Source: a virus (Duplodnaviria > Heunggongvirae > Uroviricota > Caudoviricetes). Taken from it: a DNA stretch of 48,684 nucleotides. The notes under the pieces are model-generated. The model was not told the DNA's origin, searched no databases, and saw nothing but the letters and a program-made list of their open reading frames with translations. Both the position numbers and the translations under genes were made by a program. Positions 10,101-17,749 of this stretch are shown here, piece by piece. Numbering within the stretch: the first letter of the stretch is position 1; every line of letters starts with the position of its first letter. Where the stretch lies: positions 1-48,684 of the IMG/VR virus record IMGVR_UViG_3300020171_000017; one strand, 5' to 3'.

Positions 10101-10756
10101 ATTGTTTCCCTAATTACTATACTTATGAAGGTAATTTGATGATGGCTATATATGGGTTGACTTATGATTGGGATGGATTATTTCAATATGGTTTTTCAGG
10201 GGATGCTACTTTTGGGAAGATTAATTTCTTTGATACAGCGAATAATCCCCAACAAATGCTTATATCAGGGTTGAGTTCTTATATCTTCCAAAAGGCTACT
10301 AATTATTCATATACAAATTTTGGTGATTATATAGTTTTTAAATCAGACCAAGTCTGTTGTGCTTTAGGTGCGATTGCAAACAGGGTAATTGATCTTAATG
10401 GTTATATAGTAGAGCCAAAAGTTGATGGAGTAGTTGCTATTTATTCTTCAACTAATACGACATTTGCGCTTTCAGATAAATTGGTAGTATTGACTATCGG
10501 CAGGGTAAGAAATACAAATGGATATTGGGACACTGGATATGAAGGTCAGGCAGGACATTATCACGGAGGAACAATTCCATCGCAATTACAATTAGCACAG
10601 ACAGATTTTATTATTCCTTATTCTGCAGGACAAAAAGTATACCAACTTAATAATAAAGGTTCAGTATCAACAGAAGTAACACAGACAGTAGATGGAATGT
10701 TAGCAACTTTTAGTAATACTGGAACAAATACACCTTGGTTTGTGATAGACAAATAA
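7169..10756 (+). CDS. Head-spike/LamG-like lectin protein fused to a clan GH-A (GH5-like) glycoside hydrolase with an inserted CBM-like domain
   Basis: N-terminus ATYVDSNGVIQ...NIPRF...GIIIESSTTN (phage spike-fiber pattern) and a ConA/LamG-like segment (YAVYLNG...FYIGS...VAFFNRVLT). C-terminal TIM barrel has IRWHHLD, EMTNEN (acid/base), DAHVY and TEYN (nucleophile). Confidence 0.75.
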   Translation: MIPTIEKPTLNKKYLVRPTFRNPLYMQHKNKDTAISSAPYGLTFYKDYTNDNGLSSDYSIGSRLATFTASRGATTPATYVDSNGVIQLVTASNIPRFQGGYYDGTGFHVGNNGIIIESSTTNRATYSNIPNDASWTKTNITANNTDAGSSSPDGTTTSPSLTASSADGSFTKTYTTSTAIYTASVWIKRKVGTGAINFRANASDSYTDITSYVTDGWTRVFVTSSSSTNPTFDLSLHTNTDAVYIWGCQLESGPRMKSFIPSAAGTVRSRGAELLSYVNSGRNAVKETIVIQFIPSGDFSDDGVQRVLTATDTKERLFRKNNSAGSVAVNLLPNKTDNSGVQVSGTTACVSNTSYIATATMAQNPSSYAVYLNGIQEGSTGSSTWTAPVWGNNFYIGSANNNTNHIGGVIQKVAFFNRVLTSSEVSQVTNFFNTVTSPTWYDFTLDWANMDATSPANIGSIVLDGDVDPITRTTTEFTRNAAAYKFFGTNLSFDANIPTTTDADWWADYLAFFGFNCIRWHHLDNYYPNGILTDDGTTQTMNDTAFDRMDYLFSKLKTKGIYANLNMNVSRVFQEVGDSVTSGTAAYAINPYLKAITQYDARLIALQKDYMNKLLGHTNAYTSIAYKDDPAVALIEMTNENKLMIDYWTSRKLDPVNIHTTGTPFPVFYTDELTTLWNTWLDVTYVTYADVITAWGLADLTTTQTAKFDHTSELNNQVISPAEATFAFDVNHCDIIVSTPSNYYDVQYKSNTSITNGKVYRFTFVASATEARNLYLDCKDLGTAVSYHSTTQAITTTPTTYTWEFLATQTANVQVKWQMGDVVGTVTIGTATFTEEDLYYYIKAEKDLTAFTFHRPYYERLAQYPATQQADINTFMDDTIKSFYDDMRTYLTTTIGTNALITPVGGGKGYSAEADITPYADFLDAHVYFDSPSTFNENTFIMTNTRMLKDANLGMVNIHNTREEAVKTMPFTVTEYNHCFPNYYTYEGNLMMAIYGLTYDWDGLFQYGFSGDATFGKINFFDTANNPQQMLISGLSSYIFQKATNYSYTNFGDYIVFKSDQVCCALGAIANRVIDLNGYIVEPKVDGVVAIYSSTNTTFALSDKLVVLTIGRVRNTNGYWDTGYEGQAGHYHGGTIPSQLQLAQTDFIIPYSAGQKVYQLNNKGSVSTEVTQTVDGMLATFSNTGTNTPWFVIDK

Positions 10757-10806
10757 CACCTATGGACACCAAGAAAAATAATTTTAGATAAAATGGGAGG
10801 ATCAAT

Positions 10807-10983
10807 ATGGCTGGATTAGAAGAATTACAGGATGCAAGCAAAGCCCTTGCCAAAAAGCAGGAAGATTTAAGAGAGAAAGAATTGTCTTTAAATGAGCACG
10901 CTAAATTGATTGAAATAGAATCACGTAAGAATGATGAAAAAATTAAGATTATTCAGAAACTTCGAGAGGATTTTAAAAAATAA
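10807..10983 (+). CDS. Small coiled-coil protein, 58 aa (absent from the ORF track)
   Basis: RBS GGGAGGA then ATG. Reads MAGLEELQDASKALAKKQEDLREKELSLNEHAKLIEIESRKNDEKIKIIQKLREDFKK*. TAATG overlap with the next gene. Confidence 0.75.
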   Translation: MAGLEELQDASKALAKKQEDLREKELSLNEHAKLIEIESRKNDEKIKIIQKLREDFKK

Positions 10984-11609
10984 TGGTTAAACTATTATTC
11001 TTGATTCTTCTTTTACTTCCGCGTTTATGTTTTGCAGACGTAGGAGGGTGGTTTGGCCAAAGTTTAAGGCAGCATAATGATGTTGATCAGACAACAGGCC
11101 CATCTAATAATCAAGTACTAAAATATAATTCTACTACTGAACAATGGGAATTTAATAGTTTAACTGATTTGTTTGTGCCTTATACCGGAGCTACGGGCAA
11201 TGTTGATTTAGGGAATTATGGTTTAACTGCTACAAATTGTACTCTTTCTGCCACTGGAACTTCAGAAATCCCTAGTTTAGAGGTTAGCACAACATTAAAT
11301 ATCCCACACTCTACATCTTTACCAGCAACGTGCGCGGTAGGAGAAATTTACCAGGATACCGACGCAATTAATCTAGGCGTTGATTTATCAGGCACCTTCA
11401 CCGACGACATAGACGGCGTAACCAGAACAGGCACTTGGGGGGTTACATTGACAGATGTTACCGATGATTACGACGGTAAGACGAGGCCGCAAGGCAAGGC
11501 GTGCGATATTGGCGCGTATGAAGCTGAAAAAAGTTTGATTGATAAAGTACGGATAAGAAAAAATACTATAAATATTAATCAATTTGATAACTGTTTTTTA
11601 ACAGTATGA
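10983..11609 (+). CDS. Signal-peptide-bearing mosaic protein with choice-of-anchor-Q-like fragments
   Basis: MVKLLFLILLLLPRLCFA leader. C-terminal TDDIDGVTRTG and TDDYDGKTRPQGKACDIGAYE motifs. Confidence 0.55.
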   Translation: MVKLLFLILLLLPRLCFADVGGWFGQSLRQHNDVDQTTGPSNNQVLKYNSTTEQWEFNSLTDLFVPYTGATGNVDLGNYGLTATNCTLSATGTSEIPSLEVSTTLNIPHSTSLPATCAVGEIYQDTDAINLGVDLSGTFTDDIDGVTRTGTWGVTLTDVTDDYDGKTRPQGKACDIGAYEAEKSLIDKVRIRKNTININQFDNCFLTV

Positions 11610-11965
11610 AAATCTTAATTATAGATGATGATAAGAATTATGCTGATACCATAAAAGATATCCTAGATGAATATGGGTATAAATGTATATGCCTATTAGA
11701 TGCGAGTAATGCGCATGAAACTAGCAAGACGTTTCAGCCAAATATAATTTTATGTGACCTTAAAATGCCGATGAGCGGGTTTAGTGTAGCGTATCATTTA
11801 GGCGAGAATGACAAAAAGATTATTATTTTAGGCGTAACGTCATATTACCATATTGAAAATGAACATTGGTTGGTTAAGTTATGTAACTTTAAAAAGATAT
11901 TCGATAAATCCAACACGCAAGAGCTAATAGATTACTTAAAGGAGTTGCAATGCCAGATGAGTTAG
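11606..11965 (+). CDS. Stand-alone response-regulator receiver (CheY-like) protein
   Basis: MKILIIDDD acidic pocket, phospho-acceptor CDLKMP, later Thr (GVTS) and Lys (FDK). No output domain. Confidence 0.85.
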   Translation: MKILIIDDDKNYADTIKDILDEYGYKCICLLDASNAHETSKTFQPNIILCDLKMPMSGFSVAYHLGENDKKIIILGVTSYYHIENEHWLVKLCNFKKIFDKSNTQELIDYLKELQCQMS

Positions 11966-12306
11966 ACAGGGAGCTACTTATTGACTTAGGCAAAGATTTA
12001 CAAGAATTGAATAAAATTGTTTCTGCTATTGATGCTAAAATAGAAGAGCGAGATAAGAATGCTAAAGAGTTTCGGGATTCGGTGTGTAAAAAGATAGATG
12101 CGGTATGGGGAAATATTGAGGCTATGAGGAAAAATTATTTAGATCAACAAAAAGATAAAAATAAAATGTGGGTAGCGATATTTTGTACGTTTCTTGTGCC
12201 TATTATTCTTTATATCACGGTTTCGGCTAGAGTAGAAAAACAAGTTAGTATGAATACAGAAAGATTAACTCTTATTGAAAATCAATATAGAGTTTGGATA
12301 AAATAA
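11950..12306 (+). CDS. Coiled-coil protein with a C-terminal transmembrane helix (holin/XhlA-like architecture)
   Basis: Heptad N-terminus and hydrophobic WVAIFCTFLVPIILYITVSA. Function is inferred. Confidence 0.5.
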   Translation: MPDELDRELLIDLGKDLQELNKIVSAIDAKIEERDKNAKEFRDSVCKKIDAVWGNIEAMRKNYLDQQKDKNKMWVAIFCTFLVPIILYITVSARVEKQVSMNTERLTLIENQYRVWIK

Positions 12307-12314
12307 GGAGCGGA

Positions 12315-14153
12315 ATGATAAAAATAAATCAGTTTTTTAATCAGATACATACATATGAAAAATCGTTAAAGCAGACTGATTTTATTTTATCGAAATTCGC
12401 AAAGAAAGATTTTCCTTTATATGTGAGTATGCATAAAATTGGTTTATCGTGCCAAATACATAAAGATTTAGGTAATGTTTTAATCTATTCTGATAAAGGC
12501 GCTAATATTACTAGGTACTTACCTAATATAATTAAATCTATACAAAATCTTAAATGTGAAAAGGCAGTGCTATATGCGGCACTGACATTAGGTGATACAA
12601 ATAAAGATGGTAAAGATGTATTAGGATATTTAAAAACTATTAATAAAGATAATAACATTTTCTGCCATATTGAGGATATTTTATACTTTAATGAAGATAT
12701 ATCAGATTTTAATTTTAGTGTGCGTAAAGAAAAACTTGATGCAATAGGCATGAAACAATCGTCTTTTGCAATAACAGATAAAAAAGACTGCCTTAACTTA
12801 TCACCGCAGATTATTTGTAAAAATACCGTGGAATTAGAAAGAGCGATAAACAGATTAAGTTTATTTAAAAATTTCAATGGTATTAAGATTCAAATGGATG
12901 TGCCATATGAGATAGAAGAAGATGAGTGTGGCAGTTATGTTTATAGTAAAACAATACCTGATGTTATAAAAAGTTTTTCAAAAGGTTGTTCGCAACAACT
13001 TGATGAAATATCGATATATTGTGATTTTTTGAATTGTGAAATAAAAGATATTTATATTTTAAAAACTGATATATCGAATGTGCGTGCGGGAAATGTATTC
13101 AACGCCATAGAAAAGATGACCGAGAAGTTTACGTTGGTAGAGACTAGAAACTTTTCCGGCCGAGAAATACCGCCAATGTATAGAGAAATACAGTTAAAGA
13201 AAAACTTAGCGAAAACATTTTTAGTAGAAGGCACTAAATTTTATTATGATAACAGTAAAAGTTTGCCGTTAATATTGCAGTTATATCCCACTTGGGGTGG
13301 GTATCAGGCTAATTTTATTACACATATTAAGGCAAATGAATTTAATAACGAGTTAAGTAAACAAATTAATATTTACGCGAGAGAGAATAACTTTTTAAAA
13401 GGCGAAAAATTTTCTGTGGCTGGCGAGTTTTTAGATGAACAGAATATTACAATAGAAGATTTAAAACTTACTGCGCCGATTAAAGATAAAATAAAAAAGT
13501 TATTATCGTTAATCGCCAAAAATGACGTTACTTTAGATTCGCGCGGCTTGATTTTTATCGGTCCGCCTGGCTGCGGCAAGACGTTAACAGGCAAGTTACT
13601 TTCGAAAATGGCATCCACCTTTATTTGGGTAACCGCGAAAGATTTTTCTAACATGGGTACGTCTTACGCCATGACCACGGCATTTAATTTAGCGCGTGAT
13701 TTACGGCCTTCGATCTTGTTTATGGAAGATATCGATTCGTATATCGAATACGGTATGATAGATTTATTAAAAACAGAGTTAGACGGCATGAAGTTGAATA
13801 ACGGCGTGTTTACTATTTTGACTTCGAACTTTCCAGAGAATTTACCTGAAGCAATCATTGATCGGCCTGGCAGGTTTCATGATATTATATACTTTACTTT
13901 ACCTAATAAAGATATAAGAAAAGAGATGTTGCTGCATTTCTTAAAAGAAGAAGTTGATGCGCAGACATTAGAGACGGTATTAAAACAAACAGAAGGTTTT
14001 TCAGGCGCGCATATCAGAGAAGTATGTAGGTTCGCTGAGATAATTAAAAAGGAAGATAATTTAACTTTATCGCAATCGTTAATACAATCTTTAGAAAAAC
14101 TTATTGAACAGCGTAAATTAATAAACGAATTTAAGAATAAAAAGAATTTGTAA
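12315..14153 (+). CDS. AAA+ ATPase with an N-terminal degenerate ATP-dependent DNA ligase-like domain
   Basis: GPPGCGKT, ILFMEDID and DRPGRF arginine finger. The N-terminus follows the ligase pattern (CQIHK...VLIYS...NIT..LP; EDILY...F..RKE.L) but lacks KxDG and DGE. ATG 12315 has RBS AAGGAG. Confidence 0.8.
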   Translation: MIKINQFFNQIHTYEKSLKQTDFILSKFAKKDFPLYVSMHKIGLSCQIHKDLGNVLIYSDKGANITRYLPNIIKSIQNLKCEKAVLYAALTLGDTNKDGKDVLGYLKTINKDNNIFCHIEDILYFNEDISDFNFSVRKEKLDAIGMKQSSFAITDKKDCLNLSPQIICKNTVELERAINRLSLFKNFNGIKIQMDVPYEIEEDECGSYVYSKTIPDVIKSFSKGCSQQLDEISIYCDFLNCEIKDIYILKTDISNVRAGNVFNAIEKMTEKFTLVETRNFSGREIPPMYREIQLKKNLAKTFLVEGTKFYYDNSKSLPLILQLYPTWGGYQANFITHIKANEFNNELSKQINIYARENNFLKGEKFSVAGEFLDEQNITIEDLKLTAPIKDKIKKLLSLIAKNDVTLDSRGLIFIGPPGCGKTLTGKLLSKMASTFIWVTAKDFSNMGTSYAMTTAFNLARDLRPSILFMEDIDSYIEYGMIDLLKTELDGMKLNNGVFTILTSNFPENLPEAIIDRPGRFHDIIYFTLPNKDIRKEMLLHFLKEEVDAQTLETVLKQTEGFSGAHIREVCRFAEIIKKEDNLTLSQSLIQSLEKLIEQRKLINEFKNKKNL

Positions 14154-14170
14154 GGGGGTGAGACTATATT

Positions 14171-15748
14171 ATGGCAAAATGGACTACTGAGTATATTAAT
14201 AACCTAAGCGATTTGGCTTTCGCTTATATTGAAGATGGCGGTACTAAAGATGCTGATGGTAAAACCGTACCGAGATCGTTACGGCATTTACCGTATAAAG
14301 ATGAGGCAGGTAACGTTGATGCCGAGCATGTACGAAACGCTTTAGCGAGGTTACCGCAAACAGATATTTCAGATGCGGCAAAAGCGGCGGCACGCAAAAA
14401 ACTAGTCGCGGCGGCAAAAAAGGTTGGTGTTACCGTTGCTGATGAATCGAAAAAAGTGTTAGCGATACCTTTTGAATATCCGTTTAGTATTACGAAAACA
14501 TATGTAGATGGTGAGAAATGGTTTATAGAAGGTTACGCCGGTAGTACTGAATTGGATTTAGTCGGCGATATAATTACAGAAGAAGCCTTTAAATTAGCTG
14601 AAAATGATTTAGTAGGTAATTCGACTGTGCTTTATAACCATGATCCAGAACAATCAATTGGTAAAATCGAAGAAGTAAAAGCTATGCCAGAAGGATTATG
14701 GATAAAAGCGTTGATTAGCCAGACTGAACCTGATATTTGGCAGAAGATCAAAGAAGGTGTATTGAATAAGTTCAGTATCAGAGGCAGGGTTGTTGACGCG
14801 GTAAAGAAATTCATCAAAGATATTGGTAAAGTAGTAAATGTGATTAATGAGATATACCTAATCGAAGCGTCTTTAGTGGCATTGCCTGCTAATCCAGAGG
14901 CGAAGGCACTTTGTTGGTATGTTTCTAAATCGTTAACCGAGTTTGAATCGAAGGGGGGTGAAATTCCAATAGAACATGCTGATAATAACATGTTGAATGG
15001 AGGTACTATGACTATATCAGAACTAATGAAACAAATCAATGATCGTTTGGTCGCTGATGAAGACAAGGCTCTTTTAGCTACATTGCAATCTGAAGTTGAA
15101 AAATCTATCGCGACAATCATTAAAAAGAAATCAGGCGAGGCAATGACTCAATCTGATATCGACGTGCTAGAGAAATCAATTACGGATTTACAGGCAGCAC
15201 TTGACCTTGAAAAACAAAAAAAACCTAAAAAACCGATAGCAGATGAAATGCAAGATGATGAGATGAAAGAAATTATTGCGTTAGCAGATGAAATTCGCAA
15301 GAAATTTCCTGAAAAGTTTCCTAAAAAACCAGAAGATGAAGTAAAACCGAAAGAAGGTGTTAAAAAATCTACTGGCGAAGAATATACACAAATAGAGGTA
15401 GACACAATAGCTAAAGAATTAAGCGATACAAAAGCTAAAGTTGAGACTTTATTGAAAGAGTTAAACGATCTTAAAGCTGATACAGAAGTTGCTAAAAGAT
15501 GGGATAACTTAAAAAATGAATATGACAATAACGATGCTACTCTGGTAAAATCGATTTTAAAGAAATCGGTTACAGGTATTGCTTTAACTGTAGATGAGAC
15601 TGAACAACTGGTAACTAAAAAGTTGAGTTCTAGCCAGTTACGCGTTGCAGGTGGTAAAAATGAAACTGAAATTAAAAATTTAGACGCTCAAAGGCGTGAA
15701 GATTTGATTAAAAAAGGCGGGATTAGAGTTCGTTTAAAAAGTTCTTAA
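14171..15748 (+). CDS. HK97-type prohead protease fused to a scaffold-like coiled coil
   Basis: IEGYA, DLVGDII, LYNHD (His), FSIRG (Ser), EASLVALPANPEA. Extra N-terminal domain and charged helical C-terminus. Confidence 0.9.
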   Translation: MAKWTTEYINNLSDLAFAYIEDGGTKDADGKTVPRSLRHLPYKDEAGNVDAEHVRNALARLPQTDISDAAKAAARKKLVAAAKKVGVTVADESKKVLAIPFEYPFSITKTYVDGEKWFIEGYAGSTELDLVGDIITEEAFKLAENDLVGNSTVLYNHDPEQSIGKIEEVKAMPEGLWIKALISQTEPDIWQKIKEGVLNKFSIRGRVVDAVKKFIKDIGKVVNVINEIYLIEASLVALPANPEAKALCWYVSKSLTEFESKGGEIPIEHADNNMLNGGTMTISELMKQINDRLVADEDKALLATLQSEVEKSIATIIKKKSGEAMTQSDIDVLEKSITDLQAALDLEKQKKPKKPIADEMQDDEMKEIIALADEIRKKFPEKFPKKPEDEVKPKEGVKKSTGEEYTQIEVDTIAKELSDTKAKVETLLKELNDLKADTEVAKRWDNLKNEYDNNDATLVKSILKKSVTGIALTVDETEQLVTKKLSSSQLRVAGGKNETEIKNLDAQRREDLIKKGGIRVRLKSS

Positions 15749-15765
15749 GGAGGTGACAATAAAAC

Positions 15766-16155
15766 ATGGATGTTAATTTATTAGATACACATATTGGCGT
15801 GCAATTAGCAGCTGGTGTGGCGGTAGGTCCTGGTACATTGATTAATTTGTATTCAGGTTCTGGCGTAGCAAGCGGTTCGTTAACTGCGAAACTAGCTGAT
15901 CACAGTTCTAGTATTTGGGCTCATGGTTTTGCTTTAACTAGTGGTGCCGGTACAAAAACAGCAGGTGTTGCTCAAAAAGTAAGAATGGATAGAGTTGGTA
16001 GGGTTACTAACGTTACATACTTAACATTAAGTCCTGGTCAATCTGTTTATTTAGGTGAAGACGGTAAATACGCAAAATCAGGAACCCAAAAAGTAGGGTT
16101 CGCTGTTGGTGCGAATGACGTATTTGTTGACTTAGATATGCAGCTAGGTGCTTAA
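15766..16155 (+). CDS. Capsid cement/decoration protein
   Basis: 129-aa Gly/Ala-rich beta protein between protease and major capsid protein (VYLGEDGK...VGFAV pattern). RBS AGGAGG. Confidence 0.65.
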   Translation: MDVNLLDTHIGVQLAAGVAVGPGTLINLYSGSGVASGSLTAKLADHSSSIWAHGFALTSGAGTKTAGVAQKVRMDRVGRVTNVTYLTLSPGQSVYLGEDGKYAKSGTQKVGFAVGANDVFVDLDMQLGA

Positions 16156-16184
16156 AATTTAACTTAAAGGGGGTGAAATACAAG

Positions 16185-17198
16185 ATGGCTGATTTAACAC
16201 GTGGTTTTACGACAACTGATGGTATTGACTTAAACGAAGTGTTGTATGGTACAGTGCTTCCTATTGTTGATTTATATAATCAAGAAGAAGTACTCGATTT
16301 ACGTGCGTTACTTTGTTCTGACTGGGACGAAAGCTATATAAAGTTCGATTCTAGCGGGCAATGGAAGTTCCAGAAGTTAGGTGAATCTGAAAAACCTACT
16401 TCAAAGAAAAAAGCTTGGGGTAAAATGCAAAAAGACTGTGCGAAGTACGGTCTTGACATTGGCTATACATACGACTGGCTGATGAGCGAAGCTTCAAGTG
16501 CGGCAGAAATTACTGCTATGGCGCGTAAAGCTGTTGAAAGAGACAGAGCTTTACAGACTGCTGTAATTTTAAGTGAGTTATTGACATCTGGTGGTTTTTT
16601 CAACGGTAGTTTCGAAGCTGGCGAGAATATGGCAACTCCTCCGACATTCGGGGCGAATACATTTTTAGCTGGTCATAGTCACTATGTTGCTTCTGGTTCA
16701 GCGACATTAACACTCGCGACAATCACAGCGATGAAATTGCATGCTAAAGAACATGGCTTCAAAGGTAATCTTTGGGGATTCATGAACGCTGACATGACAA
16801 GAAACATCGAAGATTTAGCAGGGTGGTACCAAGCTAGTACAGTGTTAATACCTAATAAAGTTACAGAAAATGTAGCGATTGAAGGTTTTGCAGGCAGGTT
16901 GTTAGGTGTTGATTGGAAAGAAACTGAATGGATGCCTACTGATTATCTTATTATTATCGGTACGCAAGCCGCTGGTGGTGAGAAACCTGTTCGTTATATA
17001 CAGAAGAAAAATCCTTCTGCTAAAGGGTTACTCTTAACACCTGGTAGTTACGATCCGAAATATCCGATCATCGATGCTGATTACCTACATTGGTTAGAAG
17101 CGAAGATCATCGTTAGAGGCGCAGGTGTTGTGTATCAATTAACAACAGATGCTTACGCTGATCCTGACATAACAACAAATGTAGTTGAACAAGATTAA
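16185..17198 (+). CDS. Major capsid protein (HK97 fold)
   Basis: Size about 337 aa and canonical position after protease and cement gene. P-domain-like segments (GFMNADM, GRLLGVDWKETEWMP). ATG 16185 preferred over GTG 16173, which is part of the RBS. Confidence 0.8.
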   Translation: MADLTRGFTTTDGIDLNEVLYGTVLPIVDLYNQEEVLDLRALLCSDWDESYIKFDSSGQWKFQKLGESEKPTSKKKAWGKMQKDCAKYGLDIGYTYDWLMSEASSAAEITAMARKAVERDRALQTAVILSELLTSGGFFNGSFEAGENMATPPTFGANTFLAGHSHYVASGSATLTLATITAMKLHAKEHGFKGNLWGFMNADMTRNIEDLAGWYQASTVLIPNKVTENVAIEGFAGRLLGVDWKETEWMPTDYLIIIGTQAAGGEKPVRYIQKKNPSAKGLLLTPGSYDPKYPIIDADYLHWLEAKIIVRGAGVVYQLTTDAYADPDITTNVVEQD

Positions 17199-17213
17199 TA
17201 TTTGTGGTATAGT
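17185..17213 (+). promoter_or_regulatory. Putative sigma70 promoter at the end of the capsid gene
   Basis: TTGAAC (17185-17190), 17 bp spacer, TATAGT (17208-17213), with an extended TG. Confidence 0.45.
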
Positions 17214-17270
17214 GTAAAATATTAATCCTTTAAAATGTATATGAAATTAAATTTAAATATGAAAAATACA

Positions 17271-17323
17271 CAGGGCAATGTGAATTTGAATAACTCAAAT
17301 TTCTCATTGCCCTGTTTCTGTTT
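17271..17323 (+). terminator. Long hairpin / probable terminator after the capsid gene
   Basis: CAGGGCAATG-TG-AATTTGA-ATAAC-TCAAATT-TCT-CATTGCCCTG followed by TTTCTGTTT. Confidence 0.7.
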
Positions 17324-17340
17324 AAAACGGAGGAATGTAG

Positions 17341-17718
17341 ATGTCTAAGAAATATCGTATTATACAAGGTTTTTTTTACAAAGGTAAAGATGGCAAAGCA
17401 AAACAAGCTGTGCGTATAGGGCCTGGTGAAGAATGCCCTGAATTAGATTCTAATGAACGTGATCGGTTGTTAAGAGAAGAAAGAATTTGTGAAATAAGTG
17501 AGAATGGCGAGAATATCAGGTACAGAAAATTACTTAATTTAGGTGAAGAGCAGATTGATAATCTTTTGCGTAAACCTAATAATTTTATTGTTAATGAAAT
17601 AAAAAACGTGATGTATTCAAAAGATACATTATCTAAAATTTACGCGAAAGCCGAGCAGCTTAAACTTGGTAAAGCGTTATTAGAGGTAGTTGAATTACGC
17701 ATCGACGGCGAACTTTAG
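17341..17718 (+). CDS. Hypothetical protein following the major capsid gene
   Basis: 125-aa ORF, RBS GGAGG. Confidence 0.7.
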   Translation: MSKKYRIIQGFFYKGKDGKAKQAVRIGPGEECPELDSNERDRLLREERICEISENGENIRYRKLLNLGEEQIDNLLRKPNNFIVNEIKNVMYSKDTLSKIYAKAEQLKLGKALLEVVELRIDGEL

Positions 17719-17749
17719 AATTTAATTAGGTCGATTGATAGGAGAATAG

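Noticed and set aside
12315-12950. Functional DNA ligase
   Set aside because: The catalytic KxDG and DGE motifs are not conserved, and no OB-fold is evident.
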